The notes: generated from the letters alone by a model not told the origin. Positions 30,797 through 39,845 are shown, counted from the stretch's first letter. The stretch: DNA of 64,000 nt from an uncultured SAR86 cluster bacterium (GCA_902591565.1 CACJBC010000001.1:34717-98716), one strand, 5' to 3'. Numbers and translations are program-made.

Positions 30797-31993
30797 TTAT
30801 TTTTTATAATTTGCAGCTTCTTCTGATCCGTCAGTTGCTGTTCCTTTGGTATAAGAGTGAGCTCCCATTCCTGCAAGATCTCCGTCTTTGACAATTAAGT
30901 ATGGTTCCCTAATTGGTTCGCCGGCAAAGAAGCACTCTAGTATTTCTCTGACACCAGCAGCATACCTAGCTTGTGCAGACAATGAGGTTCCAGACGTATG
31001 AGGAGTCATGCCATGGTTAGGCATTGTCCTCCAAACATGATCATTGGGGGCTGGTTGTGGAAACCAAACATCACCAGCATAGCCACTTAACTGACCTGAC
31101 TCTAGAGCTCTAGCTATTGCATCTTTATCACATATCTTTCCTCTAGCGGTGTTAACTATATATGCTCCCCTTTTCATCTTGTTAATCATTTCATCATCAA
31201 ATAAATGTTCTGTTTTTGGATGAAGCGGACAATTAATAGTAACAACATCACATACTGAGACTAAAGATTCTACTGATTCGTGATAAGTTAAATTTAATTC
31301 TTGTTCAACTTCATCTGACAATCTATGTATATCAAAATAATGAAGATGTACATCAAATGGTTTCATCTTTCTTAAAGCATCTATACCAATTCTTCCAGCA
31401 GCAACTGTTCCAATATGCATTCCTTCAACATCATAAGATCTTTGTACGGCATCAGCTATATTCCAACCGCCCTCATTAACAATTCTATGCTGGTTGTGGT
31501 AATCCCTTACCATTGAAAGAATCATCATGACAATATGCTCCGCAACTGATCTTGAATTACAGTAAGTCACTTCCACAACATCAATGTTGTGATCCATAGC
31601 TCCTTGAAGATCAACGTGATCTGAGCCTATCCCAGCTGTTATTGCCATCTTAAGGTTTGGTGCAGATTCCATCTTTTCACGAGTCAAATAATATGGGAAG
31701 AAAGGTTGAGAAATTACAATGTCAGCATCAACTAATTCCCTATCTGCTTCACATCCCTCACCATCTTTATCTGATGTAACAACTAGTGTATGTCCAGCAT
31801 CTTCCAGAAATTTTCTAAGCCCTAGTTCACCAGATACACATCCAAGAAGTTCTCCTGGTGTAAAATCAATTGCTTTTGGAGATGGCAAAGTCATGCCATC
31901 TGGATATTTGTCTATTTTTGGTAAATCGTCTCTAGCATACGTACTAGGCATACCGGTTTTTGGATCATCGTATAAAACACATAATATCTTCAT
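30797..31993 (-). CDS. fdh: NAD-dependent formate dehydrogenase (metal-independent, D-2-hydroxyacid dehydrogenase superfamily)
   Basis: It aligns end-to-end from memory with Pseudomonas sp. 101 FDH: KILCVLYDDP, YARDDLPKID, AIDFTPGELLG.VSGELGLRK, TAGIGSDHVDL, GTVAAGRIG, NTARGK, GYAGDVWFPQPAP, and GAHSY.KG.ATDGSEEAA. Confidence 0.95.
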   Translation of the reverse strand: MKILCVLYDDPKTGMPSTYARDDLPKIDKYPDGMTLPSPKAIDFTPGELLGCVSGELGLRKFLEDAGHTLVVTSDKDGEGCEADRELVDADIVISQPFFPYYLTREKMESAPNLKMAITAGIGSDHVDLQGAMDHNIDVVEVTYCNSRSVAEHIVMMILSMVRDYHNQHRIVNEGGWNIADAVQRSYDVEGMHIGTVAAGRIGIDALRKMKPFDVHLHYFDIHRLSDEVEQELNLTYHESVESLVSVCDVVTINCPLHPKTEHLFDDEMINKMKRGAYIVNTARGKICDKDAIARALESGQLSGYAGDVWFPQPAPNDHVWRTMPNHGMTPHTSGTSLSAQARYAAGVREILECFFAGEPIREPYLIVKDGDLAGMGAHSYTKGTATDGSEEAANYKK

Positions 31994-32071
31994 AATCTTC
32001 CCCTTTATGTAAATAATTCACCTTTTACTAGAACAGAAATTATTTAAAAAAACAAGAAAAATATATAGAAG

Positions 32072-33019
32072 TTAGGCTTTGATTAGAGGATTATGCTTCA
32101 CTTTATCTGGTATATCTTCTGCACCTGGAACACCTCTTGCAATTAGGAAAGGTCTTAGAGCTTCAACTGCCTTGGGCTCATCATAATGACCAATTCCTGG
32201 ATGAAGATGATGTATAAAGTGAAGTTGCATTGAATGATTTAAATATCTAGGCATCCAATGGCTCCAAAATCTTGTATCTTTATATCTTCCTGTTTCAGTT
32301 TGATAATGAGGATACCAGCTGAAAAAGACTGAAAGATAAATAACTCCAAACTTACTTGGCAGCCACCATAATAAAAGTGTCTCTAAAGGAAAAAATACAA
32401 CTAAAGTTAAAAGAATTACTCTATATAACACTCCTATATTCAAACCTTTATTAAACGATTTCATAAATGCTTTATCATTTTCATAGATTTTAGCTATTGC
32501 TTGGTATTTAGATATGCCTGCTTGAGTGGCAACAATAACCTCCCAAAGAGATTTAGCAGATGCAGTATCATGATCTGGGTCTTTTTCTGGATTATTCGTA
32601 TAAGCATGATGCTTCATATGAGTAGCTCTCATCACATCATGAGGAAACATAAGAGTTATTAATGTGTAATGGCTTACGAATGAATCGATCCAACGTCTTT
32701 TTGGATTGCCTCTAGAATAATTACCATGCTGTGCTTCATGCGAAGGCAGGTATGCAAAACAGGCACAAATAGTTGCAATTACAAAACCAAGTAATAAAGA
32801 AATATACCCATTAATAACTAATGGCCAAAGAGAAAGCCAAACCGTTGCTTGACCAACTCCGATTAAGATCATCTCCCATTGAAATCTTTTTGAGAAACTT
32901 CTAGCGATCTCTTTTTCTTTTTCAAAGGAAAATTCTTCTGAAATCTTTTCTAGATTTTCCATAACCATGTTCCTCTTATCTTTGCTATGAGGCCAAGACA
33001 TAAACCTAATATGTAACAA
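32072..33019 (-). CDS. Membrane di-iron fatty-acid desaturase / CrtW-like ketolase-hydroxylase family protein
   Basis: Three His boxes (HEAQH, HMKHHAYTNNPEKDPD, HFIHHLH) and four or more TM helices. The box-2 context resembles CrtW (HMAHHRHAGTDDDPDF). The probable start is MVMENLEK at 32968/32962 rather than 33019. Substrate is unknown. Confidence 0.6.
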   Translation of the reverse strand: MLHIRFMSWPHSKDKRNMVMENLEKISEEFSFEKEKEIARSFSKRFQWEMILIGVGQATVWLSLWPLVINGYISLLLGFVIATICACFAYLPSHEAQHGNYSRGNPKRRWIDSFVSHYTLITLMFPHDVMRATHMKHHAYTNNPEKDPDHDTASAKSLWEVIVATQAGISKYQAIAKIYENDKAFMKSFNKGLNIGVLYRVILLTLVVFFPLETLLLWWLPSKFGVIYLSVFFSWYPHYQTETGRYKDTRFWSHWMPRYLNHSMQLHFIHHLHPGIGHYDEPKAVEALRPFLIARGVPGAEDIPDKVKHNPLIKA

Positions 33020-33150
33020 TAAATAGTAATATCAGTAAATTGATAGCGAATAGCTATAGCATTAAAGACACTTCCCCAAAAAATTAGGCCAAACCATACC
33101 ATGTTCCAATTGGAAATATGATCTGTAAGAATTATCTTAAATTTATCCAT
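32950..33150 (-). CDS. Possible 66-aa two-TM membrane protein upstream of and overlapping the desaturase-like gene
   Basis: There are two hydrophobic stretches (MVWFGLIFWGSVFNAIAI, ITIYCYILGLCLGLIA). It occupies an otherwise empty 230-nt gap. No homology was recognised, so it could be spurious. Confidence 0.2.
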   Translation of the reverse strand: MDKFKIILTDHISNWNMVWFGLIFWGSVFNAIAIRYQFTDITIYCYILGLCLGLIAKIRGTWLWKI

Positions 33151-33253
33151 TTTATTAATTATTTACTATTTTAGCCAAAAATATGAAGCAAAATATGCAT
33201 TAATTATCGCAGCATTAACAAAATATGATAAATATTGCACAAAATAAGCAAGA

Positions 33254-34081
33254 TTACTGAAAAATATCCAGATTTCTTACTAAGCTTTTTATGCTTAGAG
33301 TCTTTTCGTCATGTTTTGAGGTTTCAACAAGACATTGTCTCCATATGTAGTCTAAAAAATAAGTAAATTTGACCCAGTTTTTTAATTTTTCTGTTTCTAA
33401 TTGAAAATCTTCCTTATAGCCATTTAATAAATAACCAATCTCTTCGTTATTAAGATTATAGGAAGATATTATTGATGCTATATCAAAATAAGGACTATTA
33501 GCTGATGCGTATTCCCAATCTATAAAAAAATGTTTTTTATTCCAAAAAATATTTTCAGGATTCAAATCATTATGAGAAAAAATTAGGGATTCATTTCTGT
33601 CCAAAATAGAATCGAAAATTTTAAAGCCATGATTCAAATACCAATCATCTTTAATTTTGTTTTTAAGAATATCTCTATAATTTTCTATAGCATTTTCAAA
33701 ATTATTAATTTCAACATTATTAATTTTTATTTCATGAACTTTTTTAATTTCTTTTCCTAAAGAAATTAAACTTTCTTTTTTTTTAATTTCTGAATTTGAA
33801 ATTTTTTTTCCCTCACTGAATTTTCTTATTAGGATTCCATTGTCAAAATCATGATATAAAATATTTTGATTTCTGATTTCTGTTTCTAAAAATTTAAGTA
33901 TTTGCCATTCAGAAACTCTTCGCTTTTTTAACCAATTTGGTAGATCAATATCAACCCTTATTACAGATTTAATATCATTAAAATTACAAAGAAAAGTTTG
34001 CGAAATAAGATCAATTTTTATAGGTGAAATAATTTCAATTTTTTCATCTATCGAAGCAATTTGTTTATCAATTTTAGGCAT
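33254..34081 (-). CDS. Choline-kinase/APH-fold kinase, thiamine kinase (ThiK/YcfN)-like
   Basis: Brenner/APH motifs SHNDLNPENIFW (HxDxxxxN) and IDWEYA. It is 275 aa (E. coli ThiK is ~274 aa). It is the last gene of a TPP-riboswitch operon and overlaps the PnuC-like gene by 8 nt. Confidence 0.55.
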   Translation of the reverse strand: MPKIDKQIASIDEKIEIISPIKIDLISQTFLCNFNDIKSVIRVDIDLPNWLKKRRVSEWQILKFLETEIRNQNILYHDFDNGILIRKFSEGKKISNSEIKKKESLISLGKEIKKVHEIKINNVEINNFENAIENYRDILKNKIKDDWYLNHGFKIFDSILDRNESLIFSHNDLNPENIFWNKKHFFIDWEYASANSPYFDIASIISSYNLNNEEIGYLLNGYKEDFQLETEKLKNWVKFTYFLDYIWRQCLVETSKHDEKTLSIKSLVRNLDIFQ

Positions 34082-34676
34082 CGATTTTGTCTTTCATTTC
34101 AGTCCAAGATTTATAACCAAAATAAATAATTATTAAGTACACAAAAAATAATAATGAAGTTAAAAATAGTCCCCTTGAATAAAATAAAAATACAGAAACT
34201 GCGTCTATTACAAACCAATAAATCCAATTTTCTAAAAGCCTCTTTGCAACCATATAAGTTGTTACAATCGCTCCCCAGGTTGTCAGCGAATCAATAAAAG
34301 GTAAGGCGGCATTTGTAAAATTTTCAAGAGCCCATCCTGATGTTAGTGCTAATAAAAAGATTAACGAAATTGCTTTGATGTGTTGATTTCTATTCCACGT
34401 TTTTACGAGAAATTTTGAATTGTCCGGTAAAGATTTTCTCCACTGTGTCCACCCATAAACAGCCATAATACAATAAAATATTTGCAAGCCTGCTTCCATA
34501 TATAGACCTGCTGAATACATTACAAAGAAATATAAAAAAGAACTAATAAAAGCGGCAAACCAACAACTTATGTTCTGTTTTACTGCTAATAGTAAATAGG
34601 CAATTGCAAGAATAACGGCAGTAGGTTCTATCCAGCTAGTATTGATAAGATTAGAAATCATATCTAACTGTAACAC
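34074..34676 (-). CDS. PnuC-family transporter, predicted thiamine-type (PnuT)
   Basis: 200 aa, ~7 TM helices, PnuC-like YGWTQW motif. It is co-transcribed with a TonB receptor behind a THI-box. Confidence 0.7.
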   Translation of the reverse strand: MLQLDMISNLINTSWIEPTAVILAIAYLLLAVKQNISCWFAAFISSFLYFFVMYSAGLYMEAGLQIFYCIMAVYGWTQWRKSLPDNSKFLVKTWNRNQHIKAISLIFLLALTSGWALENFTNAALPFIDSLTTWGAIVTTYMVAKRLLENWIYWFVIDAVSVFLFYSRGLFLTSLLFFVYLIIIYFGYKSWTEMKDKIDA

Positions 34677-36744
34677 CTAGATGTCTGGGATCACCATGTC
34701 TTTCATAGAGTGTATCAATAAAATTTGGAGCTTCGTTACCAAAGTAAAAACCTCTGGTTGAATAGTACTCATCAAAAATATTTCTTCCCCAAATTGAATA
34801 CGTCCACTGACCACTAAAATAGCTATAGTTTATATTTGTTAGGAAATATGATTTAGATTTGTTGTCATGAGAATCAGAATAGTAAAAGCTACTTTTACCT
34901 ACTATATCAAATGATAAATTTGATTGTTCTGAGGGGTACCAATTAAATCCAATAGCATAACTTTTCTCAGGAGCATGAGCTTGTGCCCTTCCCTCAATTT
35001 CGGGTCTAGACTTCCAGCTTTTAATCTCAGTTTTGAGCAATCCAAAATTAATAAACGTATCTATGTTTTCAGACAGCTGTATATCCATTTCTAGTTCAAT
35101 TCCGTTATTAACTCCCTCTGCAGCATTTTGAGTTAAAAATGTAAATGTATTTGGATTATTTGGGTCAACCTGAGTTGATATTAAGACCTGCTGATTTCTC
35201 CTGTCTGAATGAAAAATTACAGCAGCTAAATTCAAATCAAATTTTTCAAATTTTGAATTAAGTCCAATTTCATAATTAATCAAAAATTCGGGATCATAAT
35301 AAAGATTGCCGTTTTGTGAATTTGGATCAAGCCCAAGATTTAAATTAAAACCTCCTTGGTTATATCCTCTTGCAACACTAAAAAAGATATTTGTATCTTT
35401 ATCTAAAATTTTATTTATCGATAGTTTGCCGCCTAAAATTTTATCTGAAGGGTTGAGCGACTCACCAAGCGAATCCGAATATTGTGATTCTGAGTCCTCC
35501 CAACGAGCACCAATAGTTAGTTTTGTTGATTGATTTATTAAATAATTTAAATTTCCAAAAATAGAAAAATTATTTACTAAAAAATTGCTTGATAGTGAAC
35601 TCTCATCAACATATGGAACCTCATAATACAATGGATCAAAATAGATACCGTCATCTTTTTTAAGATTGTCCTCTTTTGATTCAAAAAAATTCACCCCAAT
35701 GACCCATTCGTATTGTTTATTTATATTCAAATCAGCTGCATCTGATAAAAATCTAAATTCTTGACTAAAAGTTTCTCTGAATCTTAAAGTTTCTGAAAAA
35801 TAATCATATATGTATGGAGCATGAGTATCAGAATTACCCCAGTCTGCATCATAACTGAGAACAACATCAGTATCTGTTATGCTTGTTAAGGACTGAAATT
35901 CAAAATTATTTGCCTGATAATAAAATTTTATACCATAAGCGTTAGTTTTTTGAGAATCCATGCCAGGTCTGTCCGAGAGAGTGTTTAGACTTCCATCAAT
36001 CGTCCAAATATCAGCAGGATCATCGAGATGTATTTGAGTTGCTAAAAATTTTAAGATTGATTTATCATTTATTTCCCAATTAGCCTTAATTCTAAAAGTA
36101 GATTCGTCTTTCTTTGAAGTGTCTGATTTACCAGAATATAAATTTTTTCTAAATCCATCTGAATAATCTTGTCTTAAGGCAATTCTGTAGGTTAATCCAT
36201 CAATTTTTGATGGTCCGCCAAAAGCTATGCCGGTGTTGATGGTTCCATAAGCTCCCGTTGTGATTTCACTTACTCCCTCATATACTTCTGTTGGCTCTTT
36301 AGTTTTTATATATATCAGGCCTGCCATGGCATTTGATCCAATTCTGGAACCTTGTGGGCCTCTATGAACTTCAATTTGATCAACATCAAAAGTTGTTGCT
36401 ATTCCGCCTTGTCCAGAATAATCAATGTCATCAATTAAAAATCCAACTGCAGAGTTTGGAGTTCTTTCATAGCCAGACCTTTCACCAATGCCTCTTATTT
36501 GAAAGTGTCTAGCTCTTGAATCACTTGCTGCAAAATTTAAATTTGGTATAAGGTAAGATAAATTCTCAAAATGCTTTATTGGTGCAAGCTCAAGCTCTTT
36601 TGAACTTAATACTAATACACTTGAGTCTTCTTCAACGAGCTTAATCTCTCTCCAGTCACCTTTGACTATTACTTCTTCAATGTCTGCTGACACGAAAGAA
36701 ATTAAAAAGAAAAAAAGAAAAAAATTAGTTTTAATGGTTTTCAT
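34651..36744 (-). CDS. TonB-dependent outer-membrane receptor (TPP-riboswitch regulated)
   Basis: Signal peptide, plug domain (IEEVIVKG... FQIRGIG... IDQIEVHRGPQGSRIGSNAMAGLIYIKT), a long beta-barrel and a terminal aromatic residue (VTVRYDF). Confidence 0.9.
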   Translation of the reverse strand: MKTIKTNFFLFFFLISFVSADIEEVIVKGDWREIKLVEEDSSVLVLSSKELELAPIKHFENLSYLIPNLNFAASDSRARHFQIRGIGERSGYERTPNSAVGFLIDDIDYSGQGGIATTFDVDQIEVHRGPQGSRIGSNAMAGLIYIKTKEPTEVYEGVSEITTGAYGTINTGIAFGGPSKIDGLTYRIALRQDYSDGFRKNLYSGKSDTSKKDESTFRIKANWEINDKSILKFLATQIHLDDPADIWTIDGSLNTLSDRPGMDSQKTNAYGIKFYYQANNFEFQSLTSITDTDVVLSYDADWGNSDTHAPYIYDYFSETLRFRETFSQEFRFLSDAADLNINKQYEWVIGVNFFESKEDNLKKDDGIYFDPLYYEVPYVDESSLSSNFLVNNFSIFGNLNYLINQSTKLTIGARWEDSESQYSDSLGESLNPSDKILGGKLSINKILDKDTNIFFSVARGYNQGGFNLNLGLDPNSQNGNLYYDPEFLINYEIGLNSKFEKFDLNLAAVIFHSDRRNQQVLISTQVDPNNPNTFTFLTQNAAEGVNNGIELEMDIQLSENIDTFINFGLLKTEIKSWKSRPEIEGRAQAHAPEKSYAIGFNWYPSEQSNLSFDIVGKSSFYYSDSHDNKSKSYFLTNINYSYFSGQWTYSIWGRNIFDEYYSTRGFYFGNEAPNFIDTLYERHGDPRHLGVTVRYDF

Positions 36745-36827
36745 GCAATTCCTCCGCCATTATTGTATGGATCAGGTTCAAAGGGTTTCTTGTAAAAAGA
36801 TCTCAGGTTTTAGCCACCCCTTTGCAG
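36744..36827 (-). promoter_or_regulatory. TPP (THI-box) riboswitch
   Basis: The minus-strand RNA is CUGCAAAGGGGUGGCUAAAACCUGAGAUCUUUUUACAAGAAACCCUUUGAACCUGAUCCAUACAAUAAUGGCGGAGGAAUUGCAUG. The conserved blocks GGGGUG, CUGAGA, ACCCUUUGAACCUGAUC and the CCAU...AUGG hairpin plus GCGGAGGAA match the THI element consensus. P1 (UGCAA/UUGCA) reaches the start codon, and the SD GGAGGA lies inside the aptamer. Confidence 0.85.
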
Positions 36828-36868
36828 TTAGATTTTATGATATAAAATTTTATTTTATTGCGCTATAA

Positions 36869-38185
36869 CTAATTTGAAGAATCTTCACTTAAATCAATTT
36901 GAAAGGTTTCTGTTAGAAACAAAACTGATATCAAAGTTAAAAATGAAGCAAAAGAAATATAGACCGATACCCAGATTATTCCATAGTCATTCCACAATAA
37001 GGCAGCTATTGTGGGAGCAAATGCTCCACCTAAAATAGCTCCAAATTGATATCCAAGCGTTGCTCCAGAATATCTGACTTCAGTACTAAATAACTCAGTG
37101 AAAAAAGCAGCCTGGGGACCATACATCATTGAAACAAAAATAAGACCAATACTTATAGCTAAAACAATCAGCCAAAAATTACCAGTATCAACTAGTGGGA
37201 AAATTACAAAACTCCATATAGCAGTAAGAATTGCACCAAGCATAAATACACCCTTTCTTCCGTATCTATCTGAATAAGATGAAAAAAAGAATTGGAATGG
37301 AATCATTATTCCTGAACCAATAAGAACAGCAACTAACATATCGTCTCTGGTAACTTCAGTTGTAGCTACGCCGTATGCCAGCAGAAAGGCTATTAATATA
37401 TAAAAAGTAACTTGAATAGAAAGAAATGCGCCTGCTGCAAGAACTATTTTAGATGGATATTTCTTAACAGCTTCAATGATAGGCGATCTTTTAATTTCTA
37501 CTTTATTGCCAATCTTTCTAGATGCCTCAAGTTCTTTGAATGCTTTCGTATCTTCTAGGTTTAATTGTATGTACATACTTATGCCAATCAAAATAGCGCT
37601 TGCTAAAAATGGAATGCGCCAACCCCAGGCAAAAAATGATTCTTCAGATACCATTGAGCTTGTAACAATAAAAGCTAAATTTGCCAAAATAACACCAACA
37701 GGCACTCCTGCTTGAGCAAATGCTCCGTAATAACCCCTTTGATTTGCTGGAGCACTTTCCGTAACTAGCAACATAGCTCCACCCCATTGACCGCCTATAG
37801 CTAAGCCTTGGGCAAATCTTAAGATAGTCAATAATATCGGGGCTGTAACGCCTATCATGGTATAAGTTGGAAGTAGTCCTATTAAGGTTGAGGACACTCC
37901 CATTAAAATCAATGCAATTACCAAAGTCTTTTTTCGACCAACTTTGTCTCCGTAATGACCAAATACTATTCCGCCAATAGGTCTAGCTATAAATCCAGCT
38001 GCAAAAGTAAGCAAAGACAAAATCAAGGCTGTTGATGGAGTGGTCTCACCAAAGAATACGGTTGGAAAGATTAAAGCCGCTGAAGCACCATATAAAAAAA
38101 AGTCATACCATTCAATACTTGTTCCAGCTAAAGAAGTAAGTGCAACTTTTTTCATATTTGCTGTTGATAGATTTGTTTGATTCAT
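36869..38185 (-). CDS. MFS transporter, metabolite:H+ symporter (MHS; ProP/KgtP/ShiA-like) family
   Basis: LAGTSIEWYDFFLYGASAAL, GHYGDKVGRKK, 12 TM helices. The ATG at 38185 (MNQTNL) is preferred to the track start at 38275, whose extra 30 aa are not family-like. Confidence 0.8.
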   Translation of the reverse strand: MNQTNLSTANMKKVALTSLAGTSIEWYDFFLYGASAALIFPTVFFGETTPSTALILSLLTFAAGFIARPIGGIVFGHYGDKVGRKKTLVIALILMGVSSTLIGLLPTYTMIGVTAPILLTILRFAQGLAIGGQWGGAMLLVTESAPANQRGYYGAFAQAGVPVGVILANLAFIVTSSMVSEESFFAWGWRIPFLASAILIGISMYIQLNLEDTKAFKELEASRKIGNKVEIKRSPIIEAVKKYPSKIVLAAGAFLSIQVTFYILIAFLLAYGVATTEVTRDDMLVAVLIGSGIMIPFQFFFSSYSDRYGRKGVFMLGAILTAIWSFVIFPLVDTGNFWLIVLAISIGLIFVSMMYGPQAAFFTELFSTEVRYSGATLGYQFGAILGGAFAPTIAALLWNDYGIIWVSVYISFASFLTLISVLFLTETFQIDLSEDSSN

Positions 38186-38298
38186 ATTAAAAGCTAGTAT
38201 GCCAAATTTTTCATAAAGTAAAAGTGAGGGTATTGTTAATTCTAGAGTTAGAATAAGTAAAAATAACTGAGTCAATTATTAAGCTTAGTCCAATCTTA

Positions 38299-39003
38299 AT
38301 GTTAGGAGTTTACGGTATGTTTTTATTGATAGGCGTGTTGATAGTTATCGCGCTAATATTCGGACCTCATTTGTGGGTAAAGTTTGTTATGAATAGATAT
38401 TCATCAGAAAAGCCTGAAATTTCTGGTACTGGCGGTGAGCTTGCAAAACATTTAATTGATCGATTTTCTTTAAAAGACGTGGAGGTTGAGATTACTGAGC
38501 TAGGAGATCATTATGATCCAATTGAGAAAAAAGTTAGACTAGCACGACAACATTATGAATCTAAATCATTAACTGCAATAGCAATTGCAGCTCATGAGGT
38601 TGGACATGCAATTCAAGATCAGCAAAATGATAAGCGTCTGGCTACTAGAACAAAAATGATACCTATTGTAAATAAGGTAGCTCGTTGGAGTGTTGCTATT
38701 ATTTCTTTATCTCCAATAATAGGAATTGTTACACGTCATCCAATGCCATTTTCTGTATTAATTTTCTTGGGACTATCTGGTTTTTTTGCTCGGATGGTAA
38801 TTCACGCAGTAACTCTTCCAATTGAATTTGATGCAAGCTTTTCGAAAGCACTTCCTATATTAAGAGAAGGAAACTACATATCGAAGTCTAATGAGAAAGC
38901 TGTAAGCCGTGTTCTTAATGCTGCAGCACTTACTTATGTTTCCGCTGCATTAGCTGACATTTTAAATCTTGGTCGATGGCTTGTTATTTTATATAGACGA
39001 TAA
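38299..39003 (+). CDS. Putative neutral zinc metallopeptidase (YugP/Zn_peptidase_2 family), membrane-associated
   Basis: HEVGHAIQ zinc motif plus N- and C-terminal TM helices. The ATG at 38317 has a better SD (AGGAG, 8-nt spacer) than 38299. Confidence 0.7.
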   Translation: MLGVYGMFLLIGVLIVIALIFGPHLWVKFVMNRYSSEKPEISGTGGELAKHLIDRFSLKDVEVEITELGDHYDPIEKKVRLARQHYESKSLTAIAIAAHEVGHAIQDQQNDKRLATRTKMIPIVNKVARWSVAIISLSPIIGIVTRHPMPFSVLIFLGLSGFFARMVIHAVTLPIEFDASFSKALPILREGNYISKSNEKAVSRVLNAAALTYVSAALADILNLGRWLVILYRR

Positions 39004-39020
39004 AACATTTCTCTGGAAAT

Positions 39021-39098
<78 letters not shown>

Positions 39099-39164
39099 GT
39101 TTGAAACGGAAACGCATTTTAACTTTTATCTACAAAAGATAAAAGTGATTATCTAAGGTAATTT

Positions 39165-39845
39165 TTATAGATTTTTTTGAGACTGATAAAGACTAAAATA
39201 CATGTAAGACCAAGGTATAACTATTGCGTATTCAAAAATACCTAAAATAATGATTTGAGTTAATCCAGGGCCTAATAAACTAGAAAAAATTGTAGATGGA
39301 ATTAACGTTATTAGAATAAATAATAAAGTTAATCCAAATAATGTACCACCATGTTCATCAGTAGCCTCCCATGAGAGTTTTAATGAATCCAAAACTCCCT
39401 TATTTTCCATCATCATAAATGAAGGAAATAGCGCTAATCTTGCTCCAATATATACACCTGGAAGAATTAATAGAAGTAATCCAAAAAATACAGCAATTAC
39501 TGAAAGTATATATGCTCCAAATAAAGGGAAAAACTTTTTAAAACCTTGAAATAAAGCCGCCATTGGATCAATGGAATAATCACAAACTTTTGAATCAAAA
39601 GCAACAATAAGGCCGCCAATAAAAGATACGCTAGCAAGCACACCTAAAATACCTAATATAACCAAGTATTTTCCATTAGCAGCAGCGAAGTCAGCAAAAT
39701 CTTCAGGAGTTTCTATCAAACTATCTCCCATCGGAATCATAAGTTGGGCTGTAAAAACCTCAATAGCTAATATAGGTGCAGCCAATAAAGCAAAGTATTG
39801 CCAATGATTTAAATAAAAATTCCAAGCATTCTTAAACTGGTTCAT
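39165..39845 (-). CDS. Polytopic membrane protein, YciC (UPF0259)-like
   Basis: 226 aa, ~6 TM helices. The central segment LILPGVYIGARLALFPSFMMMENKGVLDSLKLSWEAT parallels E. coli YciC [37 protein letters not shown]. Confidence 0.4.
   Translation of the reverse strand: MNQFKNAWNFYLNHWQYFALLAAPILAIEVFTAQLMIPMGDSLIETPEDFADFAAANGKYLVILGILGVLASVSFIGGLIVAFDSKVCDYSIDPMAALFQGFKKFFPLFGAYILSVIAVFFGLLLLILPGVYIGARLALFPSFMMMENKGVLDSLKLSWEATDEHGGTLFGLTLLFILITLIPSTIFSSLLGPGLTQIIILGIFEYAIVIPWSYMYFSLYQSQKNL

Noticed and set aside
32072-33019. The CrtW-like His-box protein considered as evidence for a carotenoid/retinal pathway serving the proteorhodopsin 11 kb away.
   Set aside because: No crtE/B/I/Y or blh genes are in the window. 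A ketolase is not part of retinal synthesis, and the His-box pattern is shared with ordinary acyl-lipid desaturases.
21728-33150. The accessory block considered as a horizontally acquired genomic island or mobile element.
   Set aside because: There is no integrase, transposase, flanking tRNA or direct repeats. Single 60-nt lines I hand-counted are richer in G+C here (28/60 at 30301-30360 and at 31021-31080) than in core genes (17/60 at 8401-8460, 18/60 at 15001-15060). However, a line inside proteorhodopsin (21301-21360) also gives 28/60. The difference may therefore reflect amino-acid composition or conservation rather than foreign origin, and a proper windowed GC and codon analysis is needed.
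36662-36868. A 68-aa plus-strand ORF covering the TonB-receptor start and its leader.
   Set aside because: It is antisense to a well-supported TPP riboswitch and the receptor signal peptide, and it has no motifs.
27921-38275. Longer N-terminal extensions offered by the ORF track: 27921 (GST-fold), 29777 (NMO), 33019 (desaturase-like), 38275 (MFS); also 61111 (nnrD) and 1557 (lptE).
   Set aside because: The extensions overlap upstream genes or add non-family residues. Internal ATGs sit right after the upstream stop and/or behind good SD sequences, so the shorter forms were preferred. The exact starts remain unverified.
39123-39145. An AT-rich hairpin (CTTTTATCT-ACAAA-AGATAAAAG) between the YciC-like gene and tRNA-Ile, considered as an intrinsic terminator.
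   Set aside because: The stem is only A/T-rich with one or two G-C pairs, and on the transcribed (minus) strand it is followed by just TT rather than a U-tract. It could equally be chance or part of the tRNA promoter region.
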